Assembly (NCBI GenBank): GCA_045837725.1
Contig: JBEWZL010000300.1
Span: forward strand, 310,001-374,000
Length of the DNA: 64,000 nt
Origin: Vermamoeba vermiformis
Taxonomy: Eukaryota
Direction of reading: 5' to 3'
Position 1 is the stretch's first letter. Each line of letters starts with the position of its first letter. A model generated the notes under the pieces. It was not told the DNA's origin, made no database searches, and saw only the letters and a list, made by a program, of their open reading frames with translations. Position numbers and translations under genes: made by a program. Below are positions 40,960 to 52,860 of this stretch, piece by piece.

Positions 40960-42806
40960 ATGACTTTGCGGCACAAACCAAGCGTGAAAGCGCTGATCAC
41001 AAAGTTTGAAGAGCTGGACAAATCAGCCAAGGTAATTAGCGAGAAATTTAGAAAGACATTATATTAAATTATTGGAATATGTTGCAGAAAATTGCAAATT
41101 AAACTTTAAAATTTATATTTTTCATCCGATCCAAAAGAAAAAGATCCTCGCAAGATTTTGTCCGACTTATTGACAGGCAATAACTATCTATATAATAACA
41201 TTAATTCATCTGCGTTACTGTGCGCTATTTAATGGCATATAGTGCGGTTAATTAATTAAGCCGCGCACGAGCATTACGTAACGGTTAAATTTAGTTCATT
41301 AGCAATAGTCCGATTAGACACCACGCCTCAGGACTCAATCGGATATATTATATCATTTACATATTATTACATTGGTCAACACGAATGACGAAACAGAATT
41401 AATCACCAATCGTTTTTCCGTTACAGATGGTGGACAACTTTATAAACAAGTGGCTGAACAACTTCAATAAATATGAAGCCAAGGCACAAGGCAAAAATAT
41501 TACGCGGTCCAATGAAGACGAGGCATCGATCGGCACCAATATCGTTATTAGCATCAACAACAAATCCAATCCGAGCATGGAAGCACAGAAGAGTGTGCCG
41601 AACTTCAAAGTGAGCACTCAGGAGATCAATGGATCCTACAATAATGGCGACAAAAATTCAGAGAGCGTTGTACCGCAGATCGAGGTCCGTACCGTCATTT
41701 CGGTGCCGGCGCTAAATACTGCCGCAATGAAGAGAGACCTCGAATATGAAGACAAAAAATCACCCAGCGGCACTCCTCGCAGCAAACTGCCCTTCGGACC
41801 ACTAACCACCCGCGCGATTGTAGATTTGACGGGCGACGAAGAATCCAATTCCGTTTCACCGCGAACGGGCAAGTCCGACTATGGAAACGGAGATTTAGGA
41901 GATTTGATTGCCATGGTTGGCGATGACATTCATCTGCCGAGCCAGTACGGCGATCAGCTCTCGGAACCGGATGAGGACGATCAAGCCGACTTTGAAGAGG
42001 ACGAGCCAGAGCCAGCCCCGAGCGAAGACAACTCGAAGTTTATACAACTCGAACAACAGGTCCAAGAGTTGCAGAAGCGGATCAGTGAGCTCGAGCTGCA
42101 GCAACAAAACCGCAGTCGCGCTGAATCTGATCTGCGGCAGTTGAACTTGTCGCTCATTAAACAAGTGCAACGACTGAAGGACAACAACGGCGATCTCAAA
42201 GACGAGAACGAAGATCTGCAGCAACAACTCAACGAACTGCGCGAGTCACATCTGCTGATGATGACCGAGAAGTCCATTCAAGCGCTGAATCAGCACGAAG
42301 AGATCGATCGACTCAACGAAGTGATCACGAGTCAGCGCAACTCACACCTCGAACTCAGTCGCATGAACGATGAGCTGCACACGCAGTGCACCAGACTGCA
42401 GAATGCCAACAACAAGCTGCGCGATCAACTGCTCGACGTGTTGCAAGATGACGACAAGACGGACAAGGCCAAGCTCGCTATTCTCAAGCTCTACTTGCAA
42501 GGCGAGCACGGCACCAACACGCCGCCTGCCCAGAAGAAGATGATGGTCTCCTTCACGGGCTCAGACGAGACGCACAGCAATGCGCGCTCCACACCCAACA
42601 GTCCCGCACAGGTCCAAGCTGAACGCACGCGCAAACACCAGCGCCACTCCTCTGTGAACGAAGACAAGCCCAAGCGTACGAGCGCTGAGACCCCTCTCAG
42701 CACACCTGCCTCGCCGAACAAACGCAAGTCGAGCAAAGAAGACGGATCTACTTCACCGCGCAAGGCGAAGCGATCACTGAGCGTCAAGAAAGGAACCAAA
42801 ATGTAA
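40960..42806 (+). CDS. Disordered/coiled-coil protein of unknown function (short first exon + 459-codon exon)
   Basis: Exon 1 MTLRHKPSVKALITKFEELDKSAK with GT donor at 41032 and AG acceptor before 41427. Heptad-rich segment LEQQVQELQKRISELE...LRDQLL and a basic S/T-P-rich tail. Confidence 0.7.
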
Positions 42807-42904
42807 TATTGAACAGTCTTGATAGCTCTTATGTATATAGTACCCTCCCTTTGTAAAATAAAATGCTAATGTGAATTCAATCGAGCACTTTATAGTCAAC
42901 AGTT

Positions 42905-45895
42905 CTAGCGCATCGAGGCCTCAATATTGCCACCGTCCACTGTCAGTGTGGCTGCAGAGGTGGCAGGAGACAGAGCTAAGGCTAAGAATGCACGTGCCAC
43001 ATCCTATTAGATAACATTTAGTATATTTGTGTCAGGTGATTGTGCCCCATACCTCCGCAGTGACCTCGTGTTTGAGCAAATTGTTCGCAAAGTATTGTTC
43101 TGGCGTCAGACCGCGAGACTGGGCACGCTTCTCGACAACTTCCGCGCTGAAGAATGAAGTTCGGACGCGATCGGCATTGACAGCGTTGGATCGGATCTGA
43201 TGCACGCCATATTCAAGTGCGTACTGTTTCATCAGTGCTAGTGTCGCTGCTTTGGCTACAGCATAAGGACCAAAATTAGGACCAGGATTGACTGAGGCCT
43301 TGCTGGTGTTGAACAAGAGACAGCCGCCCATCAGAGGGACGCCAGGGCACGTGATCTGATTCTGTTTCATGAACACACGCACTGCACCCGCTGCCACGAA
43401 TTGATGCGCGAAGAAGTTGAGCTCAAAACTTTGTCTGAGCAGCGCTGTCGAATCACCGATTGGGCCTTGATACGGGGCACCAGCATTCGAGATGGCAATG
43501 TCGAGGCTAGTGATTGACACGTGTCAAATACCACTTGTTAAAAATCACCGCTACTTACCCGCCAAATTCAGTGGTGCAATCAATGAAGGACTGATTGACC
43601 TGCTCCTCTGAAGTGACGTCAATGACACGTGTCACGACTGAGACACCCAGCTTGAGACTGGCGATGGTGCCTGTCACCTCTTTCAAGTTGTCAGCGTTGA
43701 TGTCTGTCAAGAACAGATTGGAGCCTGACTTGGCGAATTCCTACGAAAGAGTAAGCCCCAAAGAGGTTAGAGAGTGAAGTACGCACAATAGCAATCGCGC
43801 GACCGATGCCTGAACCAGCGCCTGTCACGTAAGTCACACGTCCTTCGAGCACCTTTTCCGTCGACTTTCCTAATTTGGCTTGTTCTAAGCTCCCTAATTA
43901 AAGCTTAGTCCAACAGTCTCGTGCACTAATAATACTCACAATATTCCATGTCCCAAATGTCCTCTTCCGAGGCAGGCTCATATTTGCCAACTGTTTCAGC
44001 TTGTTGGAAGATTGTGATCGAGTGTTGATAAATGTCCTGAATACGTGTTAGTAATTACTAGTGTTAACATTAATAGCGCAAGGTACCTTAGCGATCTTGT
44101 TAGCTCCCATTTGTCTGGCTGCGTACACAATGCCGATGCCACGAAGAATCAACTGCAACATATGAGTGTTATTCAATCGCTGCCATTATAAAGTACTTAC
44201 AACGCGCGGCAATGGATCGAGTTCAGTTTTCTTGTCTTGAGATCTGGCACGAGTTAGATCAGCGATTCAATGTTTTTCGGTGCTTACTTGTCGTTGTAAC
44301 ACTTGAAGTAGTGATGATAGTGCTCAATGTAGCTGGTCAACTCCTTCTCTAAGTACTCCTTCAAGCCATGTTCAGGCCAATCGAGCAACAACATGGGCAG
44401 TCTCTAACATATTGTGTAAACACAAGTACGTTCAAAATCATCATTAAGGAACACTAACCTTCGTTCTGATCACGTGATCAGGGGTGCAAGGACCGCATTG
44501 AGACCAATGTGCAACTTGATGTGAGTTGGAGAATGCCTTGCTGACAGCGCTAGCGTCGAGATGGAACACCCAGCGCTTGTTGGATTGTTTGTAGAATAGG
44601 CCGCGCAATAGCTAGACGTGAATTAACGATATTGTTAATACAGTGCAGTGACTTACAGGAGCAATGTCGTGATAAGCAGGCACAAATGGAGGAGTGACAG
44701 GTGTCAAAGATGTCAGTGCTTGCTTGTTGATATAATCCACAGCACTGCAGCCAGTTAGTTATGGAGTTGTTGGTGTGACAATCACACTGCTACTTACTTT
44801 TGAACAGCTTCAATGTGCAGGTCGTAGCTTTCTTTTGCAGTTTCAGCGAATGTAAAAATGCCGTGTCGAAGGAGAATGAGACCTGTCAGCAAGGTCAGTG
44901 CTGTAACGACGAGCCATCGTGAGTGAAAGTACCGTGAATGTTCGGGTTCGCGAGATACACTTCATAAGCCTTCTTTGCCAATTTAAAGCCGGGCATAATC
45001 TGTTTTGTGGTTAGTATATGTACCAAGGGATATATGCTAAAGAAAGTGGTCCCTTACATAGGGCACAATGCCAAACTTGTCGCCGAACACTTTGCGACTC
45101 AACTCTTCACTAGGCTGATCTACCAGGGCTAGTACAGCATCAGCGTGCGAATGATCGATGAACTGTGTGTTGTCAGCAATGTTAACTTTACAGGCTGTAG
45201 TGTACCTTGTGAGGCAAAAACGCGTGCAGCAGTGTCTCGACAGATCTGCAGCACAATGTTAGTGTTCATCACTGAGCTGAGCTTCAGAATTACATACGGG
45301 TTAGGCGAGTTCGCATCCGTAATATGACTACGCAGTTCATTGACCATGTCCTCATCAGACAAACTGTCTAATTGTCTGTGCAACACGTTAGATCGCGTAT
45401 TGGATGCTATTCAGACGTACCTGAGCTTGCGACAATGTTCAAGGTCGACACAAGGGAATCCTTGGGGCTCTGTGGATAATAATTAGCGGTGTTTGACAAT
45501 AGTGTATCAGAGGCAACGAACCGATATTGGACAGATCCCATCCACTTCCTTTCACGGCAATAACTTCGACTTGTTCTTTGACTTTATTCGTCACTTTAAT
45601 TTTTACTGAAGTATTTCCACCTCCGTGCAGCACCAAGCTTTGATGAAGTAAAGATATTAATTTTTGAAATATTTTCAATTAAATGTCAAATACTTAGCGC
45701 CTTTAGAGGACGCCCATAAGGTTAACGTACACTCATTTGTACTATAAAAATGCTTTTGGCTTTATTTGGTCATACGTACCTTGGATCTTGACCAATAAGG
45801 CGTGAAGTGTATACACGAAGAGCCAAGTCCTCGCCCCAAACAGGAGCGTATTTGGTAATGTAAATTTGTGCTTCTGCGTCGCTCCACTTGTTCAT
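42905..45895 (-). CDS. Bifunctional class II aldolase / short-chain dehydrogenase (rhamnulose-1-phosphate aldolase/SDR, YuxG/RhaEW-type), intron-rich
   Basis: LRVYTSRLIGQDP.LVLHGGGNTSVK, VKGSGWDL, SVETLLH, DHTHADA, RHGIFTF, GPCTPDHVIRTK, DMEYW.LEQAKLG. SDR part: VTGAGSGIG, NAG, PGPNFGPYAVAKAA, NAVNAD, VDGGNIEASMR*. Confidence 0.9.
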
Positions 45896-45965
45896 TTTGG
45901 TTGAGATTTGTGGTCAGATCACGATCAGAACAGCAAAAATAATGTTTATTAATTACAAAAATAAT

Positions 45966-47121
45966 TTATGAGCTCATCGCACGAACAATGCACGTCCGAT
46001 GAAAGTCAACGAGTCGTAACAGAACTGTTTCATATGACTGCGGCAGATTGTGCTCGTCATTCTGCAACAGCACGACTTCTTTTGTCTTGGCTTTGACGGC
46101 CAGTGAATGCAGCTCTTGACTGCAACGATGTTTCACCACGGAGTCGTTGGTGCCGTGCATGAACAAGAGCGGCATCTGCAGCAGTTCCATGCCCTTGACA
46201 CCAGCTGATTGCGTGCCCAAGGTGACCACGCCCACGACCAAGTCTTGCAGCAGACTGGCGACATTCAACACGACCGCGCCACCGAGTCCCCAGCCCGTGA
46301 GTGTGAAGCGATTGACGAGACACGACTTGTGAATGAGTTCTACCGCTGTTTTGACGTCGTTGACGCACGCACTGATCATCTTGGGATTGCGATAGCGGAG
46401 CTGGAGCACTGCGATGTCTTGATACTGCAAAGTCTGCGCGAGTGCGTAGTAGAGGCCCGAGGGACCATTGATGCCGTTCGATGTGCCCGTGGCCAATATC
46501 ACACAGCCTTGGGGACGACCGTAAGGGGCGTAGAACAGACCTGTAGCATTTTCACCCTGGACTGGGATTTCGCAGTGATAGGCAGGCGTATAGTACTTGC
46601 CCCAAACATCACCCTAGATAAATAATGTGTTGTTAGCGCTTGTTAATGAGATAAATATCTGTCGGATATTTAAAAGATTCTTGTTTGGTTGGGTTAAAAT
46701 TAGTTCACCAAAGAAATGTGATATCAAGTCTCTGAGACTTAAAGACCCATCAATCACTGCCATACTTATTCCGATATTATTCAATAAATAAATAGTGTCC
46801 TGGACTTACCCTCCATGTGTCAAATAATTCAATTGTTTTGCCATTATCTTCTTCTGTAAATTTATAATAACGATTGTCACCTTTCTCCCAAAACACTGTG
46901 TTAAAATTCTCGTCGATAATAACAAATTTGTATTCCATCACTCGTGTGCTCGGATCCAAAGACACATCCGCTTCCCAATACGAGGCAAAACCAAACTTCA
47001 TTTGAACGCCTTCGTAAGGTTTCCAATTGCCGAGTGTCGAATTATTGCCCACTATAGCCAATCTTTGACCGAACGGAGTGCAAAAGTGAATTCGAAACTT
47101 GACACTGATGGGCGCTGACAT
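45966..47121 (-). CDS. CBM20 starch-binding domain + alpha/beta-hydrolase fold (dienelactone hydrolase-like), nucleophile replaced by Gly (2 exons)
   Basis: CBM20: VKFRIHFCTPFGQRLAIVGN..LGNW..MEYKFVI..WEKGDNR..DTW. Hydrolase: GPSGLY..LA, LRYR, GWGLGGAVV, LFMHGTNDSVV, DEHNL. Confidence 0.85.
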
Positions 47122-48169
47122 GTTATTGCGATCTGTGCATAAAATTTTGTATTTTAGTATGAGAGCCAAAGTCTAGCGAAGAAAAATTGATATTACTATG
47201 ATATTAATTAACTGATATTGTTGATTTTTATTTTTGGTCTTTCAGAAGTTCAGACATAAATAGGAAATAGATCTGATCGAAAAATTTCTTCGTTCAAATC
47301 TTTGCCTAAACTTAAAAACCGTTGCGACCACATTTAAATAAACGGAAATATGTAATTTTAAAGTAGAATTCAAAACTAACTCGGATGTCGCTTTTGAAGA
47401 GTTCATGAAGGTTTGGTACGAATTTTTACTGTGCTTATCGACTTACCAGGATGGTCTTCCAATTTAAACAATGACTTGTGGTCACCTATTGCAGGGCAGG
47501 AAAGATATTGGTCCTCGGAGTATTGCAAAAAATTGCTGGCCATTGATTGCACCTTCAATACAACTGGTTTTTTAATTTTCTTGCATAATCCTTTTTAGGA
47601 AAACGCGTAGCGCACGGTGGTTCTACCAAATATAGTGTTGGTGTATGTTAGCGAGTAATAAAAAATATTATATAACAATCTGTATTTATATCTTCTACTA
47701 CTTACTATATTTGGTTTTTGCCTACCGCAGCATTTCTACGGCGTGCAATGGTTCTGTTAAAACCAGGTTCTATTGTTGACAAATTCGGAAACACGTGCAA
47801 CAAATAAAAGAACCCAATAGGAACCACCGCTAAAGAGCTGTTACTTAATGATCACTATGCCTTTAGCACCGAACGCGAACTCGAGTGCCTCAACGCTACA
47901 ATCGTTAATGAACAATTTCGATCGCTATTAAGGCACTCCCAATAATCAAAAAGAGGAGCTCAATAATATATATTTCTTTAATAATTAAGGTACGCGTTGT
48001 GTTCCGTTCCAAAGTATTATCCTTTTTTAGATTTGGCTTCAAAATTTAGAACGGAAATTTAATCGCAGTCTGGGAGTGAACAAAAGAGGCGCAGGGTTGG
48101 AGGTAATAGTACATTTAATTTTTAGGTAATGTAACAATGCTGTACAAGTTCCTTGTCCCCATTATGTTC

Positions 48170-48829
48170 TTAAGGGCGAACACATTGAGAAGGTTGGCAA
48201 GGAGCGTCAGGGCAGGTGTGAGTAACACGACGAGCGCAACCAGAGCGGCCCGGAACATAAGTGGGCCAGGGCAAGAGAGGATCGACAGACTCGTCGTAGT
48301 TCAAGACACCTTGTTGTTGCAAGAAGCGAACAGAGTCGGACAACCATTCAGTGAACTCGTAGAATTGAGTGCCATCGAAGTTGGTCTTGCCGAACCAGAT
48401 ATCGTTGACGACAGATCTGACGCCAGCTTGAGTAGTTTGTCTGAATTGGACCTTGACGGCACCGTTGCGGGTAGCAGCGTCAATAGCAAAGCTATCGGCT
48501 TCAATGAAGACGGAGACGTTGTTGGGGCGAGAAGTGGGCACGCAATAGCCGTCGATATCAGCCAAAGCAGCAGTGAGGCCGTTGTAACGAGCAAAGAGGT
48601 AAGAGAAGAGCACATCCTCGTCGAAGACTTCAATCATCTTGTTTCTGTTGCAAGTAGTGTATGACTCAGCAAAGGAGAAGAAAGCACGTTGAACGCGACC
48701 ACGATAGCCGACGAAGAGAGGGCCGTTGTAGATGACACCCTCGGGCAATTGGTACCAGTTTTCAGAGAAACCTTGAGCGGCAATGAGGCCGACAAAGCCG
48801 AGAAGAGCGATCAAGACAAGCTTGTTCAT
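48170..48829 (-). CDS. Secreted protein of unknown family (219 aa, intronless, strongly biased codon usage)
   Basis: The real start is MNKLVLIALLGFVGLIAAQ at 48829, after an A/C-rich leader. The C-terminus is Cys-rich, and codon choice resembles that of RPS7 (GGT, GCT, TTC, AAC, CAA). Confidence 0.75.
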   Translation of the reverse strand: MNKLVLIALLGFVGLIAAQGFSENWYQLPEGVIYNGPLFVGYRGRVQRAFFSFAESYTTCNRNKMIEVFDEDVLFSYLFARYNGLTAALADIDGYCVPTSRPNNVSVFIEADSFAIDAATRNGAVKVQFRQTTQAGVRSVVNDIWFGKTNFDGTQFYEFTEWLSDSVRFLQQQGVLNYDESVDPLLPWPTYVPGRSGCARRVTHTCPDAPCQPSQCVRP

Positions 48830-48881
48830 CTTGTGTTGTTGTTGAGTTGTTTTTGATTGAATAAGACCGGTACAAATTTCG

Positions 48882-48904
48882 CTTTTATAACTGTCGATCA
48901 CGTG
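48882..48904 (-). promoter_or_regulatory. TATA box (TATAAAAG) preceded by CACGTG upstream of the secreted-protein gene
   Basis: The minus strand reads CACGTGATCGACAGTTATAAAAG about 55-75 nt upstream of the ATG at 48829. Confidence 0.45.
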
Positions 48905-49921
48905 CTCACGCTTTGCCGATAACTAAAAATATATTATCGGCAAGGAATAAAATTCTTATTCGCCTCGTCTAATTTTAGGTTTGCGACGATTCAGCTGTAG
49001 TTCCTTTAGATTCGCATGTCTATAATCCGCCTGAAAATGGCCAATCTAGACCAAACGAGGATCGAAGAGGATGAGATTAAGACACTGCACGTAGCCAAAA
49101 GACACTGCAGCTTTGCATGAAAAAGACGAATAAATTCCTAAATGGCACAACAAAATGTCCTTCGATAAAGGAAAAGCCTTAACGGATAAGAGCAATCTTT
49201 GCTAAAGTTCGGCTTCCGAGATTTTTGGAAGATTGTAACTAAAAAAATATCATTGGCACGGAGGGCTGATTCCGAGGTTAACTTTAATTAACCAGAGAAT
49301 TGTGGCTCGAATTCGATTTCTTTTGGTTATCTCCGCTCAGATTTTGATTAATGTTGTGTTTCAGTGCACGTCGGTACACTTTCTGAAGAGCAAGATCAGA
49401 CATTGGAGGACGTATATTACCCATCCAGTGTTGTGGACGTACTCGGCGTGAAATATGAGATCCTGAGCGTAGATAGGTCATTTCGTACCTTGTCGAACAA
49501 GTTGGGTATAGCAAACAGTTTGGGAACCACTCCATAACTGTTTTCGGCTAAAGTGGATAATACCACATTTCAAAGAGCAAACAACGAGTCTAAGCTTTTA
49601 GCATCGTCAGTAAGTTATTATATGGCCTTTACGTCAGAGAGTGCTGCGGGTAATCCAAACATTGCGAGTCTGCATTGGAGCTCGAATGGCGGAACATCAG
49701 AAAATCAGTACTTTCGTATTTTCTCGTACGCGAGATTGTGCTCGCTTTATTGTGCTACTACAAGCACAGCTTTGTATACGTGAGCTCGGTTGCGCAGTGT
49801 TCCGAAATGTATCTGCTCATCCAGCATCACCAATCTCGTCTAACTCCCAGAATGCTAGCCGTGCATGATCGATCACAATCACAATAGAGCATTGCGTAGC
49901 TATGAAAGATCAATGCAATGA

Positions 49922-51499
49922 CTAATCAGCTCGTCGGAGAACAAGACCGCGCTTTTGTTTGGGATCACATCCGCAGCACAAGAAATCAATGCACGTGCGC
50001 GAGGTGTCCTCGTCACCGTTAGTGCTGATCAGTCTCTTTTTCTCCGCGCTGGTGGCTTTAGTCTTATTTCCTTTGCCCGGCATCATCAGATCAAGCAGCA
50101 CAATCAACGCACCAGTCGGCAACACTTCGACGAGGGCATAGAAGACCTAATTATAGGCCAATGTGTATTAGTATAAGAGACATTAAGACGCGGAGTTACA
50201 TTCCGCACGATAGTCTTAGGTCTTGCGTACCAAATAGGAACTGTAATAATAGGCCGGCGAGTCGTTGAGCCAGTCAGACATGAGGTCTTGCAGCTCGTTG
50301 ACGTTGTAGTATTTGGTGATGTTCCACACTGCACGCGCGATGAATACCATGCAGTAGAACATGATCGTGATCATCAGACGACGGATCTGCAGCACTTGTC
50401 AGCTATGCAACACGATACCAATGAGTTATTACGTACCTTTCTGCGCTTCTTCTCGGACAGGGCGATGAGCACGAGTGTTCTGTGCGTGAGGTAACCATAT
50501 ATGGCAAGGGCTGGAGGAACGTAATGGAAGGTTAGATCTCATAGCTAATCTCGTCCAATCACATCAGACATACCAATAGCAGTGCCCCCAAACAGACCCG
50601 CGATAAATAGGCCCAGATCATCGTCGTAGTTATCAGTTTGCATATCTTTAGTGCTGATCCACACGCAGAACGGGATCAAAGCACCAGACACTATTAACAA
50701 CAACGCAGAGTATGCAGGATACAGGCCATACTTAATACGATGCTCTTGTCCAGTAATCATCAAGTGAGATTTAGCCAAGAATAGAATCAGCAATGAGAAC
50801 CTACGCAGATGCGACGTCAGTACAATCTCAATGGTACGGCTTCTAGCAGTAATATAGCATCTTCTCGACAATTAATATGCACTCGTATACTTACATGATG
50901 AATTGCAAGAAGACTGGCAAGGCAAGGCCCAAGTAGATGAGCCAAAACTTCTCCCACGGATTGAAGCAAACAAAATTGATTACAGCTCGGTACATCGTAG
51001 CTACAAATGCCAATATGAAGAATACACTCTATTAAATAGTATTGTCAGTTACTGGTAGTGCGCGTGTCTTTGTTCGATTTGTCCAGATCTGTAACGGTCC
51101 AGTCCTCTCGATCTGAACGCTCTCGGTTATGACTTACTCGAAATGAAGTGACCTTGAAATTTAGAAACAAAGTAGATCTAATAAACTTGTACAAGCTGAT
51201 TAAAGCACAGCTCATTGACAACGCACCTGGAAAAGATAATAATTAAAATAAAATCATTTTATAAATGAAGCATTGCTCATTGTTAACAATATAATACAAC
51301 AACTAATTTAGTGACGGCAATATTATTGAATAATTTACAATAAACACCGAAAATATCGAAAAATAAATAGAAAAGTTGGATTAGTTCTGCCAGCTCCCTT
51401 ACATAATAGATATAACTGCCAGACACCTATTTGCATTGCCGTCGGCAGCACTGCATTGGCTAAATCGTTTGGTACTATATTGACAACTTGTTGCGACAT
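49922..51499 (-). CDS. GPR137/TOM1 (DUF1084)-like multi-pass membrane protein (multi-exon)
   Basis: About seven hydrophobic segments. VFFILAFVATMYRAVI and LALPVFLQFIMFSLLILFLAK resemble the GPR137 F.FL....A..R and FPVCLQF.T..L..L..A segments. A later FIARAVW segment also fits. Confidence 0.6.
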
Positions 51500-51658
51500 C
51501 TAACGGTCTAAATAAATACAACGACCACTATTGATATATATTACAAATATTGTGCAACTAATTGTGTTGCACCATAGAATCTACAATAAAATAAGAGACA
51601 CCTCGCCAGCGATTGAATTGACGAGAAAATTAAACAGAAAAATCAACTCGACTCACAA

Positions 51659-52650
51659 CTAAGAACAGCTTGTAAAGGAGAATAGGACTAGTTTAATTAA
51701 TACCATTCCATTCATTCATAAACTCTTGCAAGAACTGTTCCATGAACTCGTGACGCTTCTCGGCCATAGCTTTGCCTGTCTTGGTACGCATCAGCGCCTT
51801 GAGCGACAAAAGCTGCGTAATACAGAATTAATATCCACTGTATGATATTTCTATATTAAATTAGGTACCTTCTCGTAAAAGTGATTGATTGTACTGGACT
51901 TTTCGTTCTTCGTGCGCATGTATTCTTCTTTAGTCATGTTCAAGCGAGGCTTAATGTCAGGATCGTACATTGGTGTAGTGGATCGACCGCCGTAGCAGAA
52001 TGTACGACCAATACCTAGTATTGTAAGGGTTAGAAATCGGATGCGATGTATTTGTGGTCGGTTTCGTTCGTACCAACTGCGCCAATTGCATCCAAACGAT
52101 CAGCGTCGCGCACTATATCGAGTTCAAGAGATTGAGGATGTTTAGCACCGCCGAGTTCATTTTTAAATGAAATTCCATCGACGATCGCGACGATCTTCTC
52201 AGTTTTGTCTTGAGGATAATTCTGTGAAGTTAACCACGCGCGCACTGCATCAGGACCGGCTGTTTCACTAATAAAAGTGATTGAGCATCAGATTAGGAAC
52301 AGAATAAAATCGCGCCAGATCCGGATCGGTCAAATTCAAAATGAATAATTGCAGAAAAATAAAATAACCAATTATTCTTACCTGCCGGAGTACTTATAGT
52401 CGCCTACGTCATGAAGAATCGCAGCCAGTTGAACTAATTCGAGATCTTCAACACCTCCCTCCTCTTGAGCGATTTTTGTTGCGTTATTCAAGACTCGTAG
52501 GATGTGAAACCAATCGTGGCTGCCATCATTGCTTGAAACTTCTTTTTTAACTGAGTTATAACAAAATTAGCCTTGATCCAAGGGATCTGGTCAATTAGAT
52601 TTACCAAACTCGATTGTTTTTTCGATAATAGGAGAGTAAGTGACCGACAT
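51659..52650 (-). CDS. HD-domain metal-dependent phosphohydrolase (YpgQ-like; multi-exon; 3' end approximate)
   Basis: [73 protein letters not shown]. Confidence 0.9.
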
Positions 52651-52860
52651 GTTGTTGTTAGTTAAGATTATTTAGATAATGACCAAAAATGGGATTATTT
52701 TGTTTTTTAAAGAGGCAACAAGCACGTGATAATGAGACCGCAGAAGAGTCGCGAAAGGATCGCGAAACATCGACGAAGAGTTGCAAAGTTTTCGAACAAT
52801 GGATCTCCATAAAAAACTCTTCAATTAATGAGTGCTTTATTGCACCACTTCGACAGCTAA

